Origin: Octopus sinensis | Lineage: Eukaryota | Length of the DNA stretch: 64,000 bases | NCBI RefSeq assembly: GCF_006345805.1 | Contig: NC_043000.1 | Location: forward strand, 24,490,001 to 24,554,000 | Direction: 5' to 3' | Shown here: positions 11,930 to 24,231 of the stretch, in pieces | Position numbering within the stretch: the stretch's first letter is position 1 | Layout of the letters: each line of letters begins with the position of its first letter | Notes under the pieces: generated by a model | Databases searched by the model: none | What the model was told of the DNA's origin: nothing | Seen by the model: only the letters and a program-made list of their open reading frames with translations | Program-made: the position numbers and the translations under genes

Positions 11930-12608
11930 AAGAACCAAAAAAGCTATCAGGTGTACTGTTGGAGGATTTCAGGAAGCATGGAAGGCTGTTGTTGGAAAGA
12001 TGGTGGATAATTTTGTGAGTGTCTACCAAGTCAGTTGCCAGGCACCTGAGTTTCAATGTGTCCATGCCCAGGGAAGCAAGACGTTCAGAGTAAGGTAGAT
12101 GCCTGATGGTGGTTATTAGTTTTGTTGCATGTTTCTGAACAGCTTCCAGGAGATTTATATGCTGAGCAAGGCAGGGATTCCAGACTAGTGATGCAAATTT
12201 TAAGACATACCATTGTCATATACAGTTTTAAATAGATAGCTGGAAAGCGGCTGACAAAGGTCTTACTGAGTGATGCTAGGACACCCTCTCAGTCTTCTTG
12301 GCATTCTTAGAGGTGTGGTTTGTCCAACACAGATCACTGTCTACAATAATACCCAAATTAGGTTCACTAGAAGACTTCTTGAGATTGGTGTTGCTGAGGG
12401 AGTAGGTAAAGGCTGAATTTTTCCTCCCAAAATGCATGATGATGCACTTGTCCACAGCTAGCTTGAGTTGCTAGTCAGAAATCCATTGCTGCATTGTGTC
12501 CAGGTCTGGTTGCAGGAAAGATGCATAGCACATAAGATCTGTTCTTTTTATTTCGAGGTACAGCTCGATGTCATCTGCATATTTCAACACTGTAACATTC
12601 CTCAAATA
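11930..12608 (-). pseudogene. CR1-group LINE reverse transcriptase C-terminal fossil
   Basis: Manual translation: VLKYADDIELY..LQPDLDTMQQWISD*QLKLAVDKCIIMHFGRKN..LGIIVDSDLCW..VWNPCLAQHINLLEAVQKHATKLI..LPYSERLASLGMDTL. RT YADD motif plus typical CR1/L2 downstream motifs; stops and frameshifts present. Confidence 0.9.
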
Positions 12609-12875
12609 GTTATAATTTATACAATTTGAGGATTTAACAATCAGATGGAGGTGAGTTGATTGATTATACTTGATTGATTATACATATATTGATTGATTAC
12701 AACCTTGATTGATTATACATATATAAAACAGTCTAAGCATGTCATTTTGGACCTCAAGGGCTACATTGTCTAATATGTCCTTCTGTTTTTAAGATAGTGG
12801 GTGTGATTTAAAGAAGATTTAGTTGCTATTTAAGTGATCATATAGAACAGTTTTCCTCAACTATTTTTTATCTCT

Positions 12876-13114
12876 AAGCACCATCCGAATGTGGCCGATG
12901 CCAGTGCCGCCTTGACTGGCTTCTGTGTCAGTGGCACGTAAAAAGCACCCACTACACTCATGGAGTGGTTGGCGTTAGGAAGGGGATTGAGCTGTAGAAA
13001 AACTGCCAGATCAGACTGGAGCCTGGTGCTGCTTCCTGGCTTCCCAGACCCCGGTCGAACCATCCAACCCATGCTAGCATGGAAAACGGATGTTAACCGA
13101 TGATGATGATGATG
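12876..13114 (+). mobile_element. SINE family C with (GAT)n tail
   Basis: gcacccactacactc..ggttggcgttaggaaggg..gcatggaaaacggatgttaaccgatgatgatg. Confidence 0.85.
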
Positions 13115-13336
13115 ACCCCTTTGATCCCTATTTTGCTCCCATGGACCCTCATAGTTATTCGATGTTTAAAACATCCCATTATATTTTTATACTTAAATAT
13201 TAAGAATTGTATTAAAGAATAGTTTAAATATTTTGTGTATCGTAGAAGTAAAAACCAGTTTATTGTACATAAATTTTAATGACAAAATCTTATGAGGACC
13301 CTCAAGAGTCATACAGACCTCGGTTGAGAATCACTG
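13115..13336. mobile_element. hAT-like MITE remnant
   Basis: Ends in ggttgagaatcactg (revcomp cagtgattctcaacc). The other TIR was not found. Confidence 0.4.
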
Positions 13337-13369
13337 ATGTAGAAGCTCCTTTGTTGGTTTGTGATTACT

Positions 13370-13584
13370 CTCTCTTCTACTTGTTTCAGTCATTTGACTG
13401 TGGCCATGCTGGAGCACCTTTAGTCAATCAAGCAAATTGACCCCAGGACTTATTCTTTGTAAGCCTAGTACTTATTCTATCGGTCTCTTTTGCTGAACCA
13501 CTAAGGTATGGGGACGTAAACACACCAGCATCAGTTGTCAAGTGATGTTGGGGGGGAAGGACAAAGACAGACACACAAACACAT

Positions 13585-13633
<49 letters not shown>

Positions 13634-14054
13634 TACAATTAAGGGCTCCTAAATTAGGAGGCCGAGTGCTGGGAACACAAAAAGGAGATGAATTTATCGA
13701 GAGTGAAAATCAAAAACGTTTACCGATAACTTGAACACCTCGGACTGATCAGTTTCTGCCTCTTTCTAGCAAAACACAGAATAGGCTTTATCAACGAGTC
13801 GCCTAAATTGAATCGAGGTCTGCAGCGATGTGAGACCATGTGTTGATCTCGACTACTAGCAGATATACATATATATATATACATACATATATATGACGGG
13901 CTTCTTTCAGTTTCCGTCTACCAAATCAACTCACAAGGTTTTGGTTGGCCCGAAGGCTTTAATAGAAGACACTTGCCCAAGGTGCCACACAGTGGGTCTG
14001 AACCCAGAACCATGTGGTTCGTAAGCAAGCTACTTACCACACAGCCACTCCTAC
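13370..14054 (-). mobile_element. SINE family A with a CpG-rich insertion in its (TA)n
   Basis: Full reverse-strand family A sequence split at 13638-13862. Confidence 0.85.
13739..13798 (-). ncRNA. Degenerate minimal type I hammerhead-like motif
   Basis: Minus strand: ctcg|TTGATAA|a-gcct..aggc-a|GAAAC|tgatca|GTC|cgag. Two core transitions relative to CUGAUGA. Confidence 0.5.
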
Positions 14055-14711
14055 GATTATAGAAGTTACAACTTCAATAGTCACAGTCTATTTAACAAGA
14101 AATATAAATATTCAATGATAAATGGACTGTGGCTTAATTTTAAGTTTGTAGCTGGACATTTTACTAGTTCTAAATTTATTGTCCATTTGCCCTGGTCAGT
14201 TCTTAAGAAACAAACCTACAGTGTGAAAGTGAGTATTTGATTAATTGCTGTATTTAGCTGTGACTGCCTTGTTTTTGTTGTGAGTATGTTCCAAATTTTA
14301 TGCTTAGAAACATGTGGTGCTCATTTATAAACACTGTAAAACGTGTGTTGGTGATTAGGTTCTATATTGAGAACACTGAGAGACCATACAAGTTATCCAA
14401 TTGCTTTTGATATTTTTAGTTTAGATGCAGTGGAGGCGATGGTGGAAGAAAGGCAGCTACAGTAAACAAATATTGCATTAATTAAGCAGAGAACCAATAC
14501 AACATGGGTTAGGAAAGAATAAGTATTAGAAGTCGCAGCCATATGTATACCTAGTGTTGCTATGAAAATATGCTCTTTGGTTAGACCATACAGTTTTGAG
14601 CAGCGTGGAATAAGGATCAAACCTGATTAATATTGCCATCCTTATGGTTTTTTAATGGTCCACTTACATCTCCTTTCCAAGGGGCTGAAAGTTAATAATA
14701 AACATATATAT

Positions 14712-15080
14712 ATCATCATCATCATCGTTTAACGTCCGCTTTCCATGCTGGCATGGGTTGGACGATTTGATCGAGGGCTGGTGAACCAGATGGCTGCACC
14801 AGGCTCCAATCTTGATCTGGCAGAGTTTCTACAGCTTGATGCCCTTCTTAATGCCAACCACTCCAAGAGTGTAGTGGGTGCTTTTACGTGCCACCGGCAT
14901 GAGAGCCAGTCAGGTGGTACTGGCAACAACCTCGCTCGAATCTTTTACACATGCCACCGGCACAGGTGCCAGTGAAGCAATGCTGGTAACGATCACTCTT
15001 GAATGGTGTCTTTTACGTGCCACCGGCACAGAGGCCAGATAACCGCTCTGGCAATGATCACACTCAGATGGAGCTCTTTA
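14712..15080 (-). mobile_element. SINE family C
   Basis: (CAT)n-cgtttaacgtccgctttccatgctggcatggg.. with internal gtgccaccggcac repeats. Confidence 0.85.
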
Positions 15081-15419
15081 AGGCTTTAAGGAAATAAGAC
15101 TTGAGCTAGGCACAAATGATTTTTATGAGGCTGCAGGTTTGATGGCCGGCCGACAATCATCAGGATACTAATACGACAAGAGTTATGAATGAATATGTAT
15201 GCGGTGTGATAGTTATATGAATTTTTAGTTTGCTAAGGACAAAGATGGACTGTTCACTGCAAAGTTTTGGTAAATTTCTGACTGCTGCAGGTTAAGTGAT
15301 AATGTCGGGAAAAGTCACCGGCATTGTGTACATCAAAGCATTCCAATGTAAAAACTTCTTTAAGTTTATATCACTTACATACATAATTACTTGTGTGTCT
15401 GTGTATATATATATATATA

Positions 15420-15832
15420 TCATCATCATCATCATTGTTGTTTATCGTCTGCTTTCCATGCTAGCATGGGTTGGACGGTTTGACTGTGGGCTGGCGAACC
15501 AGATGGCTGCACCAGGCTCCAGTCTTGGTCTGGTAGAGTTTCTACAGCTGGATGCCCTTCCTAACGCCAACCACTCTGAGAGTGTAGTGGGTGCTTTTAC
15601 ATGCCAGTGGCACGGGGGCCAGTCAGGCGGTACTGGCAATGACCTCGCTCGAATTTTTTTACACATGCCAACGGCACAGGTGACTGGTTCCTGTGCCAGT
15701 GGTTTGTAAAAAGCACCCACAACACACTTGGAATGGTTGGTGTTAGGAAGGGCATCAAGCTGTAGAAACATTGCTAGATCAGATTGGAGGCTGGTGCAGC
15801 TGCTGGCTCTCCAGACCTCAATCAAACCGTCC
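15420..15832. mobile_element. Two family C copies in inverted orientation
   Basis: 15420-15700 reads ..ctacagctggatgcccttcc..; 15701-15832 reads ..ggaagggcatcaagctgtagaaac.., its reverse complement. Confidence 0.8.
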
Positions 15833-15860
15833 AACTATTACTTAACCATTTTCTCACACC

Positions 15861-15908
15861 GTCACCGATGAAGGGATATAATAAATATCCCAGAAACAGC
15901 TGTAAGAC
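15861..15908 (+). ncRNA. Minimal type I hammerhead-like motif (U4C), paralog of 525-576
   Basis: gtca|CCGATGA|a-gggatat-aataa-atatccc-a|GAAAC|agct|GTA|agac. Confidence 0.55.
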
Positions 15909-15987
15909 CTTCTATTTATAAATGTTCTAAAATCTTCACAGTCTTGGTTTTTTTTTTATCTCAATCTGAAAAAAATTTATATATATA

Positions 15988-16373
15988 CTAGCAGTATCGT
16001 CCGGTGTTGCTCGGGTTTGTAAGGGAAATAACTATAAAGCATTTTTAGAGAGTTATAGCCAAAAAATAGCAAAAAAATGCATTAAAAATGGAAACAAAAT
16101 TATGGTAAATTTTTTTTAAAATCATTGACTCATCATAGACATTTTTAGAGATTTACTTTCCTTATATAATAGCGAAAAAATGCATTAAAATGGAAAAAAA
16201 TGATGGTAAATTATTTTTAAAATCGTAGACGCGCGCTAATACCCAAAAGGACTCGATATGAATCACGACTATAAGATACCCGGTTTTGGTTAAACTGCAC
16301 CGCAAAATGTGGGAGTAGTTAGGAATCTAAATTGTAGGAGACAGACACACAACCTTACTTTTATATATAAAGA
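15988..16373 (-). mobile_element. Non-autonomous Helitron
   Basis: On the minus strand: 5' TC (atctttatata..), subterminal hairpin cccgagcaacaccgga, 3' CTAG, inserted between A and T. Second copy at 41457-41852. Confidence 0.8.
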
Positions 16374-16527
16374 TATATATATATATATATATATATATTT
16401 AATCAAGCCAAGGACCTATAATCCTTTAAGGGATTGTTTGCATCCTAGTTCTCTAGCTTATACCAGTGTTCAGCAGAAACTAAATACTTTAGTTTTGCAT
16501 TGATGTATATTGGTACTTAAATATTTA

Positions 16528-16676
16528 TGAAAGAGAATAAAGAAGAAGATGGAAAAAACTGACATATAGACATCAGCTTATTCAAAAATATTTCAATTAT
16601 TATATTAACTGGAATATCTCTGAATAAACTGATATTTATATGGCAATTTACCCATTTTCTTCTTTATTCTCTTTCA
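16528..16676. repeat. Degenerate foldback palindrome
   Basis: tgaaagagaataaagaagaa ... ttcttctttattctctttca, with further internal complementarity. Confidence 0.65.
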
Positions 16677-17292
16677 CATATTATACATATATATATAGCT
16701 TCACGGTTAATAATACATACATATATATGTATGTATGTATATATATATATATATATATATAGATATATATATATGTATCTACACACACAGATATCCACTC
16801 TTTTATGACGTATTGACTTCACTTTCTCTCATTTCCCTACTTTCAACAATACCTAGTCCTCACTTACATAGCTTCACAGCTAATACATACACGTGTTTAA
16901 GTACACTTGAAGCACTGACTCCTATGATATATCACTAATTATTGACAGCCGTAATATGAGTAGCATCAGACTAGTTTAGTTCCACATGTTGGGAATGCTT
17001 CTGCTATTAACCTATTTTAATTAACTGTTAATTAATAAAATCCTTATTTCTCTTTTCGTAAATAAATCGTTAAAATTTTTTTTATTTTACTATTTTAGGT
17101 TTTTAATACCATCAATCATCATTCATCTTCACTCACTCACCATTATCAACATCAATAATGACATCAACTGATGACACGTGAGTAAAGAGAGAATCTGGCC
17201 CATACTGGAGCTTAAACATTGATAGTGCTGTAACAATACAACACACAAATACCAAGGTACTAATGTAATGTTATAATAGTAAACAGTACTAG

Positions 17293-17688
17293 ACACAGGC
17301 GTGGATGTGTGGTAAGAAGCTTGCTTTCCAACAACACATGGTTCTTGGTTCAGTCCCACTGCATGACATCTTGGGCTAGTGTTTTTTTTTCTACTATAGC
17401 CTTGGACTAATGAAAGCCTTGTAAGTGGATTTGGTAGATGAAAACGGAAAGATGCCTGTCATGTGTGTGTGTGTGTGCTTTTGTGCCATTGTTTATCTCC
17501 TAACCACTGATTGGCAACCAGTGTTAGTGTGTTTATGTCCCTGTAACTTAGTGGTTTGGCAAAAGAGACTGATAGGATAAGTATGAGGCTTAAAACAATA
17601 AATACTGGGATAGATTCATTTGGCTAAAAATTCCTCAAAGCAGTGCCCAGCATGGCCACAATTTAAAGACTGAAAAGAAGATAAAAGA
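17293..17688 (+). mobile_element. SINE family A
   Basis: Full head-to-tail similarity to 1383-1750. Confidence 0.85.
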
Positions 17689-17713
17689 TAATCCACTGAT
17701 AATAAACATAATA

Positions 17714-17982
17714 ATTGCAGCAAGGAAGATGTTTATAAGCTGTTTAAAAACACACAAAAACCATTAAATTAACTTCAACATTTAAATTTAATTTGTCAAA
17801 ATATTTTCATCGGTTTGAGACTGCGACCTGTTCACTGCCAAAATTTCGTGCTGCATCTCAGCGAACTGGTCGTGATTTCAAAGTGATGAAAATATTTTGA
17901 CAAATTAAATCTAAATGTTTAAGTGAATCTAACAGTTTTTGTGTGTTTTTAAATGGCTTATAAACATCTTCCATGCTGCAAT
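17714..17982. mobile_element. Foldback/MITE-like palindrome, about 270 nt
   Basis: Arms attgcagcaaggaagatgtttataagc..aaatattttcatc / gatgaaaatattt..gcttataaacatcttccatgctgcaat. Confidence 0.8.
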
Positions 17983-20257
17983 TTTTTTGTTTCAGCACAC
18001 AATCTCAGAACATGTCACTTGCTATGCAAGTACATCTCTGTAATAACATAAATAATCTCACAGGTAATACTGAGAAGGTAGATAAAGCAACGACATCACA
18101 GCAACAAATACCAAGGCACCAATGTAATGTCACAGTACTAATCCACTGATAATAACATTATAACAATCCCAAAAGGTAACACTAAGTAGATATAACAAAA
18201 ACATCACAGCAACACAATAATAAATCATTAATATAATGATATTATCGTATGATACTTAATCATCAATATAACTACATTACAGTTATGGGTTAAATCATTG
18301 ATTAGGAAGGTGCAGGGCTTAGTGGGTAGGGTATTCAGCTTATCATTGAAAGGTCATGGTTTCAATACTTGGTGACATATTGTGTCCTTGAGCGAGACAA
18401 TTTATTTCAAGGGGTCAGCCATGTCACATTCTGTGTCATGTTGAATCTCCCTGAGGACTACACTAATCCCTTGACTATCACAAGTGTTACATTCCAAAAA
18501 CACCTGCGATAAGTGAAAATCTGTGAAGTAGAAACAGTACTGTATATTCTTTTAAAATTATTTTTATAATTTGTATATATTTATTTTATTATAAATGCAA
18601 AACAACACCATGGAGGAATCGATGTAAGCTTAAATAATGAACCGCAATATGGTGAGGGATTACTGTATGTTAAAGGTATGCATGTCTGAGGAGTACTCAG
18701 CCACTTGCATGATAATTCTTTGAGCAGGCTGTTCCATCGATGGGATCACTTGGAACACTCATCATCATTGCCAATGGAGTTCCAGTTATAAATCATTTTT
18801 TTTTTGCCTTTTCTCTTTTATTCAGGAAGGAATGCAATGCCCAAGGATCTATACAGGACCTCCAAGACTGGTAGAAAGGTGGGTGGACGGGAAACATTCT
18901 CAAACTGGAAACAAGGTCCAAATGCTTGCAATAGAGTAGGATCCACTGAAGCAGCACTCAAAGAGACCATGATGGGATTTGAACACAGAACATGAATCAG
19001 AATAAAGACTGGAATGCATCCAGTTTTTTTTTCTCTTTTTCTGTTAGTTTTGCCAACCCATAACCCTAATGTAGTATACTTACTCATGGACAAAACATCA
19101 CAATAGTCACAGATAAAACAGTAATACTGTAAGTAAACTGAAACACTGACATAATATCACGAGATAATGAATTAGTGAAGAGATTAGAGTCACTGATATA
19201 ACAAGACAACATGGTGGATAGGTGAACATGAGATGAGACAAGATTGTGGGTTTGCATGGTAGTTCAATTACTGACATAATAACATTGCAACAGTAGTAAG
19301 TTCACTGATATAACAACAATAATAGTGTATAGCCTTCAGATACTGGCATCACATCACAACATAGCAGGGTTGGTGTAGTGTTTCATCACTGACATAACAA
19401 CACAAGATAGAGATGTATAGAAAGATTACAGTATAGCAACTTATGCATAACAATTTGATATACACTAATAACACACACACAGACACACATACATATGTGA
19501 TTCTTTTTGTCATGTTACATGTGAAAACAATTTCACAGAATACATGTTTGTTCAATTTGTACAGTGACTTTAAAGTTTTAGCTTGCTCACTTTCCTCAGG
19601 CTCCACACATAACAACATAACAACGCACAGTTTGTGATTAACACCAGTATCACAATAACACATTACTACTATACACAATATATATAACCAAATATTTATG
19701 AAAGCAATGGAGGAATGTTAACTCCACAACCTGGAAAGCACCATCTCCAAATAAGGAAGAAGACTCTTTAGATCTGACAAACAGCCTCTGTAGTGCCTCT
19801 GACATGATAAAATGCACTCAGACCATGCTGTGAAGTGGTTAGTAATAGGAAAGGCATCCAGCAGTAAAAATCTGTACCAAAAATGCATAACACACATAAC
19901 AAGGATTAGTGGTTTTATTTCTGTTGTTGCGTGTACTACATGTTTGGGACAAGCGGCAAAATATTGTTGTCCAACCCACAGCAACATTAAAGAATCGATG
20001 TAAAACAACCCTGATATGTAGATGAATATTGAATAACCAAAAATGGCATCAAATGCAAAATCAAAATTACAGAGTTAAAATCTGTGAGTACTATCAGCTT
20101 ATATACACACACACATATTATATATATATATATATATATATCAAATCACTCTTAACACTAATTCAAATGATGGATCACAACACCTATTTGGACAATGCAA
20201 AACCATCTTTCCTGGAGAGCTTTGAGTTCATATTGAGGTATCTGAACTGCAATACAC

Positions 20258-20673
20258 TCTTTTACTCGTTTCAGTCTTTTGACTGTGGCCATGCTGGAGC
20301 ACCACCTTTTAGTCGAGAAAATTGACCCCAAGACTTATTCTTTGTAAGCCTAGTACTTATTCTATCGGTCACTTTTTGCCGAACCGCTAAGTTATGGGGA
20401 TGTAAACACACCAGCATTGGTTGTCAAGCAATGTTGGAGGAGGGGAGAGAGACAAATACAGACACATAAACACATACACACACATACATATATATATATC
20501 TACATATATACGATGGGCTTCTTTCAGTTTCTGTCTACCAAATCCACTCACAAGGCTTTGGTCGGCCCGAGGCTATAGTAGAAGACACTTGCCCAAGGTG
20601 TGACGCAGTGGGACTGAACCCGGAACCATGTGGTTGGTAAGCAAACTACTTACCACACAGCCACTCCTACGTC
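20258..20673 (-). mobile_element. SINE family A
   Basis: Near-consensus reverse-strand copy. Confidence 0.9.
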
Positions 20674-21868
20674 TATATGTAAAGAATTTTAAAATGTCTT
20701 CTAAATTTAAGAACTACTGAGAATCAGTCAGTGCTTAGTTGTGGCTTTTTGGTATGAGAGAGAGATTTATATTTTCCTGGAGATGAAGCTGATCTGTCAA
20801 AATTAGCATCCACAGATGACCCAGTTTTATTCCTAACAAATTGAGAAACTAAGGCTATGAAGAACGTAATGTCCTGTGCCAAAATATATCAGAATGCAAG
20901 CAGTGGATTTGAAATGACACCTATAAGTTAAGGAGTACAATATTTTATCAGCTCCGCCACAAAAGAACCATACAGTAAACAACAATCACTTCCCACTTAC
21001 CAGACAATAGAATATGTAAGAGAAAGAAAAAGAATGTCTTGGAGAAGAGAATAAACTGAACAAAAGCAAAAAATGTTTTTCATAATACACAAAGATAAAT
21101 GAGTGTAGTATGGACTGCTGTAACCCTATGGAACATTATTCTTCTAATATTTTCTGTAGATTTGCGAATTCTTAAGGTCATTGGACAAACCATATTATCA
21201 AAGAAAGTTGTTGCTTTCATTTATTTTCCTTAGAATTCCATATTTGAAAGGTTGTTTTTTTGTTCTGTGATAAACAGACAAAGAAACAAAATCACAAAGC
21301 AATAATCCATTTTCTTCATTTCTTTTGAGAAATGAATATATTATAGTTAAAGGTTGACATATGTTGTCAAAATAACTGAAGACAATGAAATCTATGTAAA
21401 CTCCCAAAACAAGAATTTACTTAGATATATTTGTGATATATACATTTGTTATGACATTAGAGATAATTCACTTAGAATGGTTGCTTAAAAGACAACGACT
21501 GAAATAGAATTCTTGCAATAGTCAAGAGTACATGTTATTTCTAGTCACTGCCGCAACAATATCACATTTCCAACAGCCACATGCACTTATCAAAACTGAC
21601 AGAAAATTGGTCGAGACGGTGCCATGTATACGATCAACAGCCACACATGGAGAGACTACATGACAGATAGGGTGTAACTGTAAGAAACAATTTTAAAAGC
21701 CAGCAGCTACCTTAGCTTAATAATTCATGAAATTTTGTTTGGTTAGTTCTGTTTGAACAAGTGAGATGTAGTTTCACAATATGGTGCAAATTAGATGCAG
21801 CATGCACACACAATACAAGTTCAAATGGGAACAACTGACATGACAGATGAACAATGAGTTCTACTTAC

Positions 21869-21880
21869 GATAAAATGGTT
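21869..21880 (-). CDS. Candidate 12-nt microexon (AACCATTTTATC); ambiguous with a plus-strand start exon
   Basis: Minus strand: long pyrimidine tract ..tttttactcacctttCAG|aaccattttatc|GTAAGT. Plus-strand alternative: ATG at 21855 giving MSSTYDKMVLK, then AAG|GTGAGT. Confidence 0.4.
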
Positions 21881-22009
21881 CTGAAAGGTGAGTAAAAACA
21901 AAGATAATTAAAAATAATAATACAAATAACAATTGTAATAATAATAATAATTTGTTCCACTTGCACATTTTTACAACAAAGTGATAGCAACATTAATAAT
22001 TATGTTGAG

Positions 22010-22070
22010 GATAATGATGATAAAGATGATGCTGATGACGATGATGATGATGATGACGATGATGACGCAG
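22010..22070. repeat. (GAT/GAC)n microsatellite
   Basis: Seen directly. Confidence 0.9.
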
Positions 22071-23264
22071 ATATTTGGCTAAGTGCTATGTAATTTAATA
22101 TTTTACACTGCACGCACTTCTTTCAAGAAGTTCACATCCCTGAGTGAAGGATATGGAGTAGGAAGTCCATATTCCTCATTCAGGCACAATGATTATAGTT
22201 CAAGGGAGGAAATGTTCTGTTGAATTTAACCCCCAAATATTACTGGTACTTGTTAAATCTAGTAAAGGACTCTATGTAGTTGCAAAATCTGAAAGAAATA
22301 GCAGCTAAATTTCCCTCAAATCACATTTTAATGTCTTAAAAAATATCATCAAATTCTCAGAACTACAAGATAATGCAAGATTAATTCAAAACAATGTGAA
22401 TGAAAAAGCATTATATTTGACAGAGTAATCTGAACACTAAAGGGTTAATAGACGTCAGGGAATCTGAGAAAGAAGGGTCCTACGTAATGTTATTTTAGGG
22501 TCCTCTAAAATTATAGGATTTGGATAACTAAATGAGGTTAATGGCACTAACTTGCAATATTACTTCAGTTTTGTCTCACTCAAAACTAAATAAATGGTAA
22601 TTGAATAATTCTTTAATTAAGCATAAAGCCTTTCCTGCAGTTAAGTAGATTTAAATATCCTTCTCAGGAATATAGTGCAATACACGAAATAGGAAGATTT
22701 TAACTAATCATCCTCAAATTAGGTATTTGGCACCTAATTCATTTGGCCATTACAAACCTGAGCTGATGGTATAATGAAACATATATTAAATCATATGGGA
22801 AGTACTGTAGCACAGGTAATAAGATCTTGGTAAGTTGAATATAAACAACTCCTTAATCCTCTGTTGTAACCACTTTATTTCCTACACTAATGCCTTTAAA
22901 AAGATATGATTGTAATTGTTTTTATGTAAATAAGAGTATATTGTAATAACAACAGAAATGGTGCGATTTCCATGAGGTAACATGGAATAACAACCTTTTG
23001 CTGCAGTTGCAATATATAACCTTGGAAACTTCTATCTTTACTCTCTATCAGTTGATGGAAGTGAAATGTTTAAAACCTAATTGAAATCAGCTTTCATCTA
23101 GGTTTAGTCACACATGAATGAACATTACAATGAATTTCAATCCTAGTCTTTGAACTCAACAGGGATGGTCATTTCTGTTCATACAAGGTGAAACCATTGA
23201 TTCTTAACTATATGATCATGTACGATATTAAACATTTATCTTTGCATTACACCTATATACCATC

Positions 23265-23420
23265 ATCTCCATTTTCCATGCTGGCATGGGCCAGACAGTT
23301 TGACTAGAGATGGTAGGGCAAGGAGCAGCACCAAGCGCCATTGTCAGTTTTGGCATGGTTTCTATAGTTGGATGCCCTTCCTAACACCAACCACTTTACA
23401 GAGTGTACTGGCTGCTTTTT
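23265..23420 (-). mobile_element. SINE family C-related fragment
   Basis: ttccatgctggcatggg..ggatgcccttcctaacaccaaccac. Confidence 0.75.
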
Positions 23421-23429
23421 TCACACACA

Positions 23430-23844
23430 GACGCAGGAGTGGCTGTGTGGTAAGTAGCTTGCTTACAAACCACATGGGTCTGGGTTCAGTCCCACTGCAT
23501 GGCACTTTGGGCAAGTGTCTTCTACTATAGCATCGGGCTGACCAAAGCCTTGTGAGTGGATTTGGTAGACGGAAACTGAAAAGAAGCCCGTCGTTTATAT
23601 GTATATATATATATATATGTGTGTGTGTATGTGCTTGTGTGTCTGTGTTTGTTCCCATCAACATCGCTTGACAATCAATGTTGGTGTGTTTACGTCCCCG
23701 TAACTTAGCAGTTTGGCAAAAGAGATTGATAGAATAAGTACTAGGCTTACAAAGAATAAGTCCTGGGGTCGATTTGCTTGACTAAAGGCAGTACCCCAGC
23801 ATGCCCACAGTCAAATGACTGAAATAAGTAAAAGAGAAAAAGAG
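23430..23844 (+). mobile_element. SINE family A
   Basis: Near-consensus copy. Confidence 0.9.
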
Positions 23845-24231
23845 ACACACACACGTGTGTGTGTGAAGAAGTATGGCCTAATGGACCGTGGTTTTAATTC
23901 CTGGACCAGATGGTGTGTTATGTTCTTGAGCAAAACACTTTATCTCACAATGCTCCACAATGGCTTTGACATCTAATGTGTGACATACTCTACACCTGCA
24001 AAGGCAATGTCTATTTGACAGAGGGAGTGAGCTAATGTGCAACACAAACGTTTGATCACAACAAACAAAATCATTTGTAGGGGCAATTCAGCAAGACACT
24101 GCAGAACAGACTTTCTTGGATCAAGGGACAACCATTATTACATATCTATCTCTATCATATGCTATTGAGTACTTTTCCTTAAATCATAGGGCACCCATTT
24201 TTTTTAAATGGCTATCTTAAATAAGATCATA

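Noticed and set aside
15130-15165. tcatcag near the ggccggcc palindrome as a hammerhead
   Set aside because: No GAAAC/NUH or stem I at the right spacing.
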